A stretch of DNA of 64,000 nucleotides from Octopus vulgaris (Eukaryota), in the NCBI GenBank assembly GCA_951406725.2, contig OX597825.1, positions 79,794,001 to 79,858,000 on the forward strand, in the 5' to 3' direction. Positions 51,304-63,961 of the stretch are shown here, in pieces (the stretch's first letter is position 1; each line of letters starts with the position of its first letter). The position numbers and the translations under genes are program-made. The notes under the pieces are model-generated. The model saw nothing but the letters and a program-made list of their open reading frames with translations, searched no databases and was not told where the DNA came from.

Positions 51304-53158
51304 CACTGGCCGAAATATGTTTAAGACCTATGATGACAGTTCTATTCCTCCATTGATGTATTTTTAACAAAGCTGTATAAAATTATTTTACTTTTTATAG
51401 TTTATGTAGAATTTGTTTCTCTTTCGAATGATATAGGTATTATATATGTTTCTACAATTCAAATAATGTTAATATGCAATTAAATGAAATTGTTTGAAAT
51501 TGTTGGCAAAATAAGTTTAAGACCAAACCAAAACTATGCAAATTAATAAGCTAAATAAATGTGTGGTCATATGGCTGGTCGTACTGCACTGCTTTGTTTA
51601 ATGATTGAACATTGTTACACATTAATTTACTATGGGAAAGCGTTGTAGTATCAGCCCAATCACTAGATCAAAGATCATGCTGCTTCATCAGCAAAATGTG
51701 TCCTTTGTGAACACTAGCAAGCAATTAGGACACAGTAAAATGGCTTGTGTTCAAGCATGTAGGCTTTATCAAGCCACTAGCCGATACAAAGATTGGCAAA
51801 AAATGGGTACGCCAAGAAAAGCAACAGTATAGATGGATTGCTGAATTCATAGGCTCTCTCAAGGTAACCAAATGCTAACAACAGTGGACGTTTGCAAGCA
51901 ATTATCTGATGAAACTGACATGAACTTTACACCACAAACTGTCAGAAACAGTCTAAAAATTTGGACTGTTTGGCTGGATCTCTTGAAAAAAGCTGATAAT
52001 TTCTGCGACTAACTGGCAGAAGCAGATGAAGTTTGCTAAAAGCCATATTGAATGGACAGCCGAAGACTAGCCAAAAGATTTTGGAGCAATGAATCCCACT
52101 TCTGTATCTTTGGATCAGATGGATAGACTTATTTTAGATACCGTTCAACTGAAAAATTCCATCCTAAATGTGTCAATAAAACCATGCGAGCAGCAGGTGG
52201 TGGGGTAATGGTGTATGCTACAGTCAATAACCTAGGTTGATGGCAGACTGAACAGTATAGGTTAGCTGCAATTAGTAAATGAAAATGTGCTGCCATATTT
52301 AAATAATCAGATGCCAAGGAGATCTATTTTCCAGCAGGACAATTGCCCTGTTCATAAGGCTAGGGAAGTTTTGCAATATTTTGAGTGCATTAATATGGTG
52401 GTTATTGAGTGGCCTCCACAGAGCCCAGATTTGAATCTGATAGAAAACTTATGGAATTAAGTTTCTAAAGGAATTCATGCTAAAAAAAACCAACAAATTT
52501 GTCCCTATTATATAATTTTATTGAAGGAATATGGCAGAACATACCAAGTGAATTTTGTGCTCCACTGTTGAACTCTATGTCCCACCGTTGTAAGGCTGTA
52601 ATTGAAAATAATGGCTATAGAATGTGGTGTATGCGAGAGATTCGAAATAAAGGCACCTACCTTCTCTTTGCTCAAACGTAGACCTTTCAGCGATAATAGA
52701 TCCTTCAACGCAGCCCAACCCAAACACTAGAAATAGCAGCTGCTTCTCCCCTACCTTAACAAAGTGCTCACGTGTCTTACTCGCTCGGTGACGTCAATTG
52801 AAAAAGGCCGAATCCTGCCCTGCCTGCGTGCGCGTCCCTCCTGCCCCTTCCGGTCAGCTCCCCAGCTGCTAACGTCATCCCACATAGAACTCGATACTAA
52901 TAATAAATTTTTGTTCATTGATCATTTCTGCTGTAAATTTTCAATTTAAACAAAATAATGTTGGTATGGTCTTAAACTTATTTTGTGCATTAAAATTATT
53001 CAAATTGTAGAAAGATATATAACACTTATATCATTCAAAAGAGAAAAAAATTCTACATAGACTGTAAAAAGTAAAATAATTTTATACAGCTTTGTTAAAA
53101 ATGAATTAATGAAGGAATAGAACTATCATCATTGCTCTGAAACTTATTTTGGCCAGTG
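51304..53158 (+). mobile_element. Tc1-like DNA transposon with long TIRs and TA target duplication; transposase decayed
   Basis: TA|cactggccgaaat... and ...attttggccagtg|TA with ~200-bp imperfect TIRs. ORF starts at 51632; motifs FQQDNCPVH and EWPPQSPDLNLIENLW. Confidence 0.92.
52623..52884 (-). mobile_element. Solo LTR inserted in the Tc1 element, 5-bp TSD TAGAA
   Basis: tagaa|tgtggtgtatgcgagagattcgaaataaagg...gtcatcccaca|tagaa; homologous to 37987-38222. Confidence 0.88.
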
Positions 53159-53269
53159 TATGTGGTACAGCTATTAGAAGGGAGTTAACCCTTTTGTAAT
53201 GATTCAAGGCAGCATTAGAAATGTGAAATTAAGGAAATTTAAGGAAAAAGATGCATAGATTTCAAATAT

Positions 53270-54330
53270 TTAATTTTTTTATGTATGCCTGTTCTCAAAA
53301 TGATGACCATTCTGCCCCAGGCACTGCTGATAACTTGGAGCTATGAAGTTGCAACATATCAAAAATACATTTCATTTGGTATTTCTGTACAATTTTGTTC
53401 AATGTCTAGTCTCAGGTTATCAACAGCTGCTAATTTTGTATTGTAGACATTATCTTTTAAGTATCCCCATAAAAAATGTCACAGGGAGTGAGGTCTGGTG
53501 AATGTAGAAGATATTCTACAGAACCTCCTCTTCCAATCCACCTGTTTGACAGAATGTCATCCCAGTAGGCTCTTATATAACTATGGAAGTGTTGGGGTGC
53601 CCCAGCTAGCAGAAAATAAAACTCCACATCTTCAAAGTCTCCTTGAATGCTTGGTATGACAGATTGTTGCACCAAGTTCAAGTAAATGGGACCAATTGCA
53701 ATACTGTCAAAAAAAGAATGGTCCAATGAATCCTTTTGTTGATAAGCCACACCATAATGCAACTCCTAGTAAATTAACATGAGATTCTTCTATAATATTT
53801 AAATTGTCAGGTCCCTAATAGGTGCAGTTGTGGTTGTTAATTAGGCCATTTAATTTAAATGTAGCCTCATCACTCCAATCTTTGTTGGAAAGAATACCTC
53901 TTCTACACATCTTACTCATAAAACTCCACTCTTTGCTCTGGGTCATCTTCATTGAGAACATGGACTATTCTTGGAATATAACTTTTCCACTGACAGTGCT
54001 TGAAAATGTGAACACTTGATTTTGAAACAAACGCCTCATGACTTGCTTGCCAGAGATTTTCTGGAACTCCAGCAATATGTTTCTAGTGCCCTTTCTTGCT
54101 TTGTGGGACTCGACAATGTCCAGTCTTCTGGAACATTTCTTGTGGACATTCTGAACAGTTCCATTTGGTTCACAATGATGGTAAATTGTATAGTGTATCT
54201 GTTTTAAAACTCACTCCTAAACTTCCAGTAGCGCTTAGAACAAATTTTATTTTGTTCACAGATTATTTTTAATGGGTTGAATCTAAAAAGAAATGAAAAT
54301 TGAGTATAGACTTTTAGGAAGTCGCTGTAT
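53270..54330 (-). mobile_element. Decayed Tc1/mariner-superfamily transposase
   Basis: ORF 53457-53762 [24 protein letters not shown]. Confidence 0.78.
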
Positions 54331-54435
54331 ATATACACAAAATGTGTGTGTGTTTGTGTGTGTGCTTGTGTGTGCGTGTGTATACATACATAAGCACGCG
54401 CACTAAAAGACTTATTTCCTAAATTTATATTTCAG

Positions 54436-54665
54436 GCAAAAATTGGTTGTTGAAAGTTATTTCTCCAGAAGAACATGAAAGAAATTTCGATGTGGAAATA
54501 ATTCAAGACACTCTATCTTCTTCTTTCACTAGAAATTTACAATGGAAATATGTTTATCCTTATGGAAATACTTATATAAAATATTTTAATCTGAAGACAT
54601 ATGAGAAAAATGAAATCATGAAATTAAAATTCCACTTTTTGGATAAATTTCTGAGAATCAATGAA
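54436..54665 (+). CDS. Unidentified membrane-protein gene, exon 8
   Basis: tttatatttcag| ... GAA|GTAAAA; 230 nt, phase 1 to 0; KNWLLKVISPEEHERNFDVEIIQDTLSSSFTRNLQWKYVYPYGNTYIKYFNLKTYEKNEIMKLKFHFLDKFLRINE. Confidence 0.75.
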
Positions 54666-54769
54666 GTAAAAATATTTTCTTTACATATTTTAAAATATTT
54701 AAATATTATAGGCAAGCACATTGCTTGTTTTATGAAAGTAAATTTGATGTTTCAAATCTATAATTTCAG

Positions 54770-54881
54770 ATAAGTGTGATCAGCAATTACTCGGAGTATC
54801 AATTTAAAACAAATGTAGAAGGAAAATATCAGAATTTCTCTGTGACAGAATTTTCTCGAATAACAAAAGGAATAACAAAAG
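54770..54881 (+). CDS. Unidentified membrane-protein gene, exon 9
   Basis: ctataatttcag| after a 104-nt intron; G|GTCTGA donor (weak); 112 nt, phase 0 to 1; ISVISNYSEYQFKTNVEGKYQNFSVTEFSRITKGITK(E). Confidence 0.68.
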
Positions 54882-54967
54882 GTCTGAAATTGTCATACTT
54901 AAATATTGTTCATTTTAAATGCCAGTTATCAGCATCAGTATATATGGACACACACATACATTCAATT

Positions 54968-55527
54968 CATCATCATCATCGTTTAGCATCTGCTTTCCAT
55001 GCTAGCATGGGTTGGACGAATGACTGAGGGCTGGCTAACCAGATGGCTGCACCAGGCTTCAATCTTGATCTGCCAGAGTTTCTACAGCTGGATGCCCTTC
55101 CTAACACCAACCACTCCGAGAGTGTAGTGGGTGCTTTTACGTGCCACCGGCATGGGGCCAGTCAGGTGGTACTGGCAACGACCTCACTCGAATCTTTTAC
55201 ACATGCCACCAGCACAGGTGCCAGTAAGGCGATGCTGGTAATGATCATGCTCGAATGGTGTCTTTTACATGCCACCGGCATGGAGGCCAGATAGTCGCTC
55301 TGGCAAAGATCACACTCGGATGATGTTCTTTAAGGCGACACTGGTAATGATCACGCTCGAATGGTGTCTTTTAAGTGCCACCGGCATGGAGGCCAGTTAG
55401 CCGCTCTGTCAATGATGACATTCATAAAGTGCTCTTTGCACCCCGCTAGCAGGGATGCCAGTCATCAAATTTGATTTTGATTTCTGATTTTAAATTTTTG
55501 ATTTCACTTGCCTCAACAGGTCTTTGC
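54968..55527 (-). mobile_element. RTE LINE 3' UTR only
   Basis: (CAT)n tail plus 3' UTR; almost identical to 56728-57290. Confidence 0.88.
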
Positions 55528-55732
55528 ACACATATTTTCATCACAAATACACAAGCATAAACTTGTTGTGTGGATAATGCAGGGAAAAGCCTACTCAGAA
55601 GTATCTTTCAGAGGAAATCCAGTCTGGAAGTGATTTTGTCAATGTCCAGGAATCAAAAATAAAATTATCAGAAGTTTCCAGTTCAAAACATTGTGCAAAG
55701 TCAAACATTTTGGTTTTGAGGTGATAAAATGC

Positions 55733-56637
55733 ATACATATCAAAAAGTTGCCAGACTAGTTCTGTTGCACGCCAACAGATGGTAGTACATGGTGGTGTTT
55801 GCAACAACACCTAGAAGTGACCTTCATGAGATGGTGTGCCATGCAACATTGCTGTGTTTACTTTACAAGTTGTGAAATTTTTGTTATTGTGATTAGATGT
55901 ATACTGTAGTCTGTGATTTTGAGATGGACAAGAACAAAGAGCCAACGGGAAATTTTGCATTAAGCTTGGGGAGTCTACTACAGAGACATTGAGCATGCTT
56001 TGGTAAATTTATGGTGATGAGGCAATGGGTCATACACAATGTTTCAAGTGGCAGAGGAGCTTCAAAAGCAGAAAAGTATCCCTAGAAGATGAGTGATCTT
56101 GAAGACCTACTGCAAATATCACACCTGGAAATGTGGAGAAAATTCATCAGTTTGTGCATGAGGATCATCAGAGGACAATCAAAGATGTTTTGAGGCATTT
56201 CAGGGAGGACATTTGGTGAAAGTGACAAGATTTGTGGAGTACGAAGAATTGGATTCTACATGATGACAATGCACCCTGTCATAAGCTCTCATTACTCATA
56301 GGTTTCTCACACCAAAAACAGCATGGTATTGCTTCCACACCTACCCTATTTACCAGATTTAGCACCTGCAGCCTTCCATCTTTTCCACGAGATGAAAATG
56401 CAGCTCAAAAGTTACTGTTTTAACACCACTGTCGAGATCCAAGGTGAATTGCAGAATATCCTTGACTCACTTATGGAAAACAACTTCCAGACCAGATTCC
56501 AAAAGTGGCAAGAATGCTGGGACCAGTCAATTGCTGTGCAAGGTGACCATTTCATAAGCGATGATGGTAAAACTTAGGTAAATAATTTAGTTTTTTATTA
56601 AAAATAACTAGTCCTGGAACTTTTTGCTACTACCACA
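55733..56637 (+). mobile_element. Decayed mariner element
   Basis: atcaaaaagttgccagactagt ... actagtcctggaactttttg ends; WILHDDNAPCH and LPHLPYLPDLAPAAFHLF in ORFs 56232 and 56323. Confidence 0.82.
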
Positions 56638-56727
56638 TACATGCATTTGTACATACATACATTTATATGCACATGTACATACATATGTACATACTTACAT
56701 ACACGCATATGTAGATATATATATCTT

Positions 56728-58950
56728 CATCATCATCATCATCGTTTAATGTCCGCTTTCCATGCTAACATGGGTTGGACGAATGACTGAGGGCTGGCGA
56801 ACCAGATGGCTGCACCAGGCTTCAATCTTGATCTGGCAGAGTTTCTACAGCTGGATGCCCTTCCTAACACCAACCACTCCGAGAGTGTAGTGGGTGCTTT
56901 TACGTGCCACCGGCACGGGGCCAGTCAGGTGGTACTGGCAACGACCTCACTCGAATCTTTTACACATGCCACCAGCACAGGTGCCAGTAAGGCGATGCTG
57001 GTAATGATCACGCTCGAATGGTGTCTTTTACATGCCACCGGCATGGAGGCCAGATAGTCGCTCTGGCAAAGATCACACTCGGATGATGTTCTTTAAGGCG
57101 ACACTGGTAATGATCACGCTCGAATGGTGCCTTTTAAGTGCCACTGGCATGGAAGCCAGTTAGCCGCTCTGTCAATGATGACATTCATAAAGTGCTCTTT
57201 GCACCCCGCTAGCAGGGATGCCAGTCATCAAATTTGATTTTGATTTCTGATTTTAAATTTTTGATTTCACTTGCCTCAACAGGTCTTTGCAAGCAGAGTT
57301 TTACTGTCCAAAGAAGGAAAAGGTACGCATAAGAGGGCTGGTAACGCCCCTGGCATAGGCCACGAGATTATGGTCTCATTTGGCTTGCTGGGTCTTCTCA
57401 AGCACAGCATATTTCCAAAAGTCTTGGTCACTAGTCATTTCCTCGGTGAGGCCTAAAGTTTGAAGGCGGTGCTTCACCACTTCATCCCAGGTCTTCCTGG
57501 GTCTACCTCTTCCGCAGGTTCCCTCAACCGCTAGGGTGTGGGATTTTTTCACACAGCTGTCCACATTCATTCTCGCCACATGAACATACCAGCACAGTCA
57601 TCTCTCTTGCACACCACATCTGATACTTCTTAGGTCCAACATTTCTCTCAAGGTACTTACACTCTGTCGAGTATGCACACTGACATTACACATCCATCAG
57701 ATCATACTGGCTTCATTCCTTGCGAGCTTACACATGTCCTCAGCAGTCACAGCCCATGTTTCACTGCCATGTAGCATGGCTGTTCGTACGCATGCGTCAT
57801 ACAGTCTACATTTTACTATGAGCGAGAGGCCCTTTGTCACCAGCAGAGGTAAGAGCTCATTGAACTTTGACCAAGATATTCTTATTCTAGCAGCTACACT
57901 TTCAGTGCACCCTCCTCCACTACTGACTTGATCACCCAGGTAACGGAAGCTATCAACTACTTCTAGTTTTTCTCCCAGGAATGTGACAGAAGCTGTTCTC
58001 TGCACAGTTTCAGGGTTCATAGCATCTGAGCATTTGCCACACACAAAACTATTTTCCCAGTTAGCCTCCCTTTAATATTGCTCCACCTCCTATGTGTCCA
58101 TAGCTCACACTGGGTACATCTTATGGAGTTTCTACCTACGCCTTTTCTACGGATCAAGCAGGGCCATTTACCTGAAGGGTTTTGTGGTTTACCTGCCTTC
58201 CTACTTATTAGGACTTTGGTTTTAGCTAGGTTGACTCTAAGGCCCTTCAATTTTAATCCTTGTTTCCACGCCTGAAACTTCTCCTCTAGTTCTAATAGTG
58301 ACTCAGCAATTAGAGCAAGGTCATCAGCATAGAGGAGCTCCCAGGGCCATCCTGTCTTGAATTCCTCCGTTATTGCCTGGAGTACTATGATAAATAGGAG
58401 GGGGCTGAGGGCTGACCCTTGGTGGACCCCTACATCTACCCTGAATTCTTCAGTGTACTCATTACCAACTCTTACCTTACTTACAGCGTCCCTGTACATG
58501 GCTTGCACCGCTCTCACTAACCATTCATCTATCCCTAGTTTCTTCATTGACCACCAGATAAGGGATCGGGGCACCCTGTCAAAGGCTTTCTCCATGTCAA
58601 CGAAAGCCAGGTACAGGGGCTTATCTTTAGCTAGGTACTTCTCCTGCAGCTGTCTTACCAGAAATATGGCATCAGTGGTGCTTTTCCCTAGCACGAACCC
58701 AAACTGCATCTCATTTAGACTGACTCTCTCCCTAATTAGTTGGGCTATGACCCTCTCCGTGACCTTCATTACCTGATCCAACTGATACCTCTGTAATTAT
58801 TTGTATCTAAAGAGTCACCTTTACCTTTGTCGCAGTTAACTATTATTCTGCTACACCAGTCATTGGGTATGAGTCCTTCGTGTATCACCTGGTTAACTAT
58901 ATGGGTGACTAGGCAATAGCCGACATTGCAAGATATTTTGAGCATCTCTG
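56728..58950 (-). mobile_element. RTE LINE, 2.2 kb, 5' side ends abruptly at satellite block 3
   Basis: ORF 58017-58781 QFGF..STTDAIF..FVDMEKAFDRV..GVHQGSALSP..LLYADDL; frameshifted continuation 57697-58044; (CAT)n tail. Confidence 0.95.
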
Positions 58951-61543
58951 CCTTTTATATTTTAAGAAGGCAGTAGCAAATATTTTGACATATTCAAAGT
59001 AAGAATTTTCATCTTTTTGAATTCTGTGTTTGCTTTTTATTTTAAGAAGACAGTAGCAAATATTTTGACATATTCAAAGTAAGAATTTTCATCTTTTTGA
59101 ATTCTGTGTTTGCTTTTATATTTTAAGAAGGCATAGTAGCAAATATTTTGACATATTCAAAGTAAGAATTTTCACCTTTTTGAATTCTGTGTTTGCTTTT
59201 ATATTTTAAGAAAGACAGTAGCAAATCTGATACACTTCCTTTCACCTTTTTGTTTGTGTTTGCTTTTATATTTTAAGAAGGCAGTAGCAAATTTTTGACA
59301 TAAAAAAAGTAAGAATTTTCACCTTTTTGAATTCTGTGTTTGCTTTTATATTTTAAGAAGGCAAATATTTTGACATATTCAAAGTAAGAATTTTCACCTT
59401 TTTGAATTCTATTTGCTTTTAATTTTAAGAAGGCAGTAGCAAATATTTTTGTTTCAAAGTAAATTTTCTTTTTTGCATTCTGTGTTTGCTTTTATTTTAA
59501 GAAGACAGTAGCAAATATTTTGACATATTCCAAGTAAGAATTTTCACCTTTTTGAATTCTGTGTTTGCTTTTATATTTTAAGAAGACATTGTAATATTTT
59601 GACATATTCAAAGTAAGAATTTTCACCTTTTTGAATTCTGTGTTTGCTTTTATATTTTAAGAAAGGCAGTAGCCAAATATTTTGACATATTCAAAGTAAG
59701 AATTTTCACCTTTTTGAATTCTGTGTTTGCTTTTATATTTTAAGAAGGCAGTAGCAAATATTTTGACATATTCAAAGTAAGAATTTTCACCTTTTGAATT
59801 CTGTGTTTGCTTTTTATTTTAAGAAGGCAGTAGCAAATATTTTGACATATTCAAAGTAAGAATTTTCACCTTTTTGAATTCTGTGTTTGCTTTTATATTT
59901 TAAGAAAGGCAGTAGCAAATATTTTGACATATTCAAAGTAAGAATTTTCACCTTTTTGAATTCTGTGTTTGCTTTTATATTTTAAGAAGGCAGTAGCAAA
60001 TATTTTGACATATTCAAAGTAAGAATTTTCACCTTTTGAATTCTGTGTTTGCTTTTATATTTTAAGAAGACAGTAGCAAATATTTTGACATATTCAAAGT
60101 AAGAATTTTCACCTTTTTGAATTCTGTGTTTGCTTTTATATTTTAAGAAGACAGTAGCAAATATTTTGACATATTCAAAGTAAGAATTTTCCACACCTTT
60201 TTGAATTCTGTGTTTGCTTTTATATTTTAAGAAGACAGTAGCAAATATTTTGACATATTCAAAGTAAGAATTTTTCACCTTTTTGAATTCTGTGTTTGCT
60301 TTTATATTTTAAGAAGACAGTAGCAAATATTTTGACATATTCAAACAATAACATTGTTAAGGCAGTTGCAAATATTTTGACATATTCAAAGTAAGAATTT
60401 TCACCTCTTTGAATTCTGTGTTTGCTTTTATATTTTAAGAAGGCAGTAGCAAATATTTTGACATATTCAAAGTAGAATTTTCACCTTTTTGAATTCTGTG
60501 TTTGCTTTTATATTTTAAGAAGGCAGTAGCAAATATTTTGACATATTCAAAGTAAGAATTTTCACCTTTTTGAAGATTCTGTGTTTGCTTTTATATTTTA
60601 AGAAGGCAGTAGCAAATATTTTGACATATTCAAAGTAAGAATTTTCACCTTTTTGAATCTCTGTGTTTGCTTTTATATTTTAAGAAGGCAGTAGCAAATA
60701 TTTTGACATATTCAAAGTAAGAATTTTCACCTTTTTTGAATTCTGTGTTTGCTTTTATATTTTAAAAAGGCAGTAGCAAATATTTTGACATATTCAAAGT
60801 AAGAATTTTCATCTTTTTGAATTCTGTGTTTGCTTTTTTATATTTTAAGAAGGCAGTAGCAAATATTTTTAAGCGTATTCAAAGTAAGAATTTTCACCTT
60901 TCTTTGAATTCTGTGTTTGCTTTTATATTTTAAGAAGGCAGTAGCAAATATTTTGACTTATATTCAAAGTAAGAATTTTCACCTTTTTTGAATTCTGTGT
61001 TTGCTTTTATATTTTAAAGAGAAACTGATAGCAAATATTTTGACATATTCAAAGTAAGAATTTTTCACCTTTTTGAATTCTGTGTTTGCTTTTATATTTT
61101 AAGAAGACAGTAGCAAATATTTTGACATATTCAAAGTAAGAATTTTCACCTTTTTGAATTCTGTGTTTGCTTTTATATTTTAAGAAGACAGTAGCAAATA
61201 TTTTGACATATTCAAAGTAAGAATTATCACCTTTTTGAATTCTGTGTTTGCTTTTATATTTTAAGAAGGCAGTAGCAAATATTTTGACATTTATAATTTT
61301 AAGAATTTATTTTGACACCTTTTTGAATTCTGTGTTTGCTTTTATATTTTAAGAAGACAGTAGCAAATATTTTGACATATTCAAAGTAAGAATTTTCACC
61401 TTTTTGAATTCATATTTTAAGACAGTAGCAAATATTTTGACATATTCAAAGTAAGAATTTTCACCTTTTTGAATTCTGTGTTTGCTTTTATATTTTAAGA
61501 AGGCAGTAGCAAATATTTTGACATATTCAAAGTAAGAATTTTC
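58951..61543 (+). repeat. 81-bp satellite, block 3 (~32 units, indel-rich)
   Basis: Same unit and orientation as block 1 but with many 1-3-nt indels and garbled units. Confidence 0.95.
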
Positions 61544-61683
61544 TCCCCAAATTGGTGGCATCAATGATTGAAATGGACAATCTTTACATGAAACAGGATT
61601 GAACTTCTCAGATCAATAATTGTGTTAGAATGTTTCAGAGATATTTTTACCAATTTCTAATAAATATTTTGTCTACTTTTCAG

Positions 61684-61725
61684 AGAAACTACACAGGAAT
61701 GAAACAAATGTCTCCATAATAATAG
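61684..61725 (+). CDS. Unidentified membrane-protein gene, exon 10 (juxtamembrane)
   Basis: tttgtctacttttcag| ... G|GTAATT; 42 nt, phase 1 to 1; KLHRNETNVSIII(V). Confidence 0.72.
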
Positions 61726-62429
61726 GTAATTATTTTCATTTTTTCATGTATCATCTCATAATTTTTGTTTATCAAGTTTTCATTTGGCAACCTCATCGCT
61801 CTGATTTCAGTCCCATTGCACAACACCAAGAGCAGATGTCATTCATTATAGCACTGCGCCAACTAACTGAAGCCTTCAGAGGATATTAGGAAGTTAGAGA
61901 CTCTTTAATTATTCTCTGACTATCATTGGAATGGTATCCACTTAATGTCAAGTGTTGAAAATCTGTTTCACATCATATCATTGTTTGATAGCAATAGAAA
62001 CTGGCTTTTCTCAAAACTCAACTCTAAATTTAATGACAATTTAATAACTGCATCAAGAATATCTGAATGAGTTTAACCTTTTGTTACCACATTACTATTC
62101 AAATAGTCTTTGTTTTAATTAATGTTGGAAATAATGAAGAATTCAGTTGAATAAATTTGTCCTTCTTAAGCTGATGTTTTGCAGTTTAATAACTGCACTA
62201 AGAATATCTGAATGAAGGACAGAGAGTTAAGCAAGGTTAACAAACTTAATGTAGTAACACACCCACACCAAAATATCTAATTAACTCTTAATATCATACT
62301 GAAAACTGTCCAAGTCAAAGTCCAGCTTTGTAATGATTCTGTGAAAGAACAAATTGATTGAGAAAGGATTAAAGTTTTCTCCTTTACATTAGACAGTTTC
62401 TCATTTTCTTCAGAATGAATTCTTTTACA

Positions 62430-62775
62430 TGAAGTATATTTGCCACCCAAATGTGGTTAACCCTTAAGGGTCGATGCTACTGTAGTTTGTAGCCCCAGAA
62501 AATCATCTCCTCCAGCTGGCTATTGACACACTATCTGTGCTCTATCAGTATTTGCAAAGGGAAGTCATCATTCCCATCTCCAGCCTGACGTGATACATAT
62601 GAACCCGAGTTTCTGGGTATTGACCTGTCATCAGCTTATGACAACCATCGGTTGGCAATGGGAAATGATTCTCAATGCAAATATATACTTTTTCCTGTGA
62701 CGAAAAGTCACTGATCTCGAGTCAGTAGCATCAACCCTTAAGGGTTAGCCACATTTAGGTGGCAAATATACTTCA
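62430..62775. mobile_element. MITE-like element with ~52-bp terminal inverted repeats
   Basis: tgaagtatatttgccacccaaatgtggttaacccttaagggtcgatgctactg versus cagtagcatcaacccttaagggttagccacatttaggtggcaaatatacttca. Confidence 0.75.
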
Positions 62776-62779
62776 CGAT

Positions 62780-63039
62780 AGTACGTTTAAATATTTGTTG
62801 TGCAAGATTTTTTATGTGAAGTCGTGTGTTGAAACAGATATTGTTATATTTCGGAATGGTCATATTGCCAGTTTAGCCAATAAAAACACACGCACTATAT
62901 ATTTGGCCGAAATAAGATTAAGATTAATGTAAAAAATAAATATCACTGAAGCAAAATAACACCAAATATATAGTGCGTGTGTTTTTATTGGCTAAACTGG
63001 CAATATGACCATTCCGAAATATAACAAATACTTCACGAT
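62780..63039. repeat. Insertion containing a perfect ~66-bp inverted repeat, flanked by direct repeat atacttcacgat
   Basis: ttgttatatttcggaatggtc...actatatatttgg (~62841-62906) versus ccaaatatatagt...ccgaaatataacaa (~62961-63027); atacttcacgat at ~62768 and ~63028. Confidence 0.8.
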
Positions 63040-63084
63040 GTTGTGCTGCTACTGTTTATATCTCGCTCAGAGATTTATTATTGA

Positions 63085-63468
63085 ATTCTTTTACCTTTTA
63101 CCTTTTACTTGTTTCAGTCATTAAACTGTAGCCATGCTGGGGGCACCACCTTGAAGAATTCTAGTCAAACTAAACGACCTCAGCACTTAATATCCTTTAA
63201 GCCTGATACTTATTCTATCGGTGTGTTTTGCTGAATTAAGTTATGGGCATGTAAACACACCAATACCAGTTGTCAAGCAGTGGTTGGGAATGTACACAGA
63301 CACAAAGACACACATGCACCTATATATATATGTATAGATATATATATATGACAGGCTTCTTTCAGTTTCCATCTATCAAATCCACTCCTAAGGTTTTGGT
63401 TGGCCCGACACGATAGTAAGAGACACTTGCCCAAGGTGGAATGTAATGGGACTGAACCCGGAACCTGG
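63085..63468 (-). mobile_element. OK/OR-type SINE, head truncated
   Basis: ttttacttgtttcagtca...gactgaacccggaacc; homologous to 6853-7258. Confidence 0.82.
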
Positions 63469-63961
63469 AACAATGTGAAAATTTGTTTATTTACTTGTAG
63501 TATAGTGTCATAGTATAGGAATTTAAGCGTTAAAAATTACACTCATTATTGAAAGAAAAATCATTTGTATTAATAATAATCTTCAAAAGGAATAAAGACT
63601 ACTTCAACAAACTGTTTAAAAATTCTAATGGTACAATGTAACAGAAAGAATCTGAGATCTAGTTAGAACAGATATCACTATACTTTACTGCAGTGGTCTA
63701 ATAAGACAAAACATACCGAGGGTTAAACTCCATACTTACCAATAACCTGACTCTCTTCCTAAAGCATGTCTCCATTCAATTCTTTATCAATTTTTATTTT
63801 GACAGCAATTATCACAAAAAGTTATAGATTTCCTTTTAATTATATTAGTAATTTTTAATGAAGATAATTTTGCTTTTGATTATTAAGTTACATATATTAG
63901 GTTCCGTTTAAGTTTACATAAACTGTTGGTTAATTGAGTATCTTATTGTTTTCTTCTTTAG

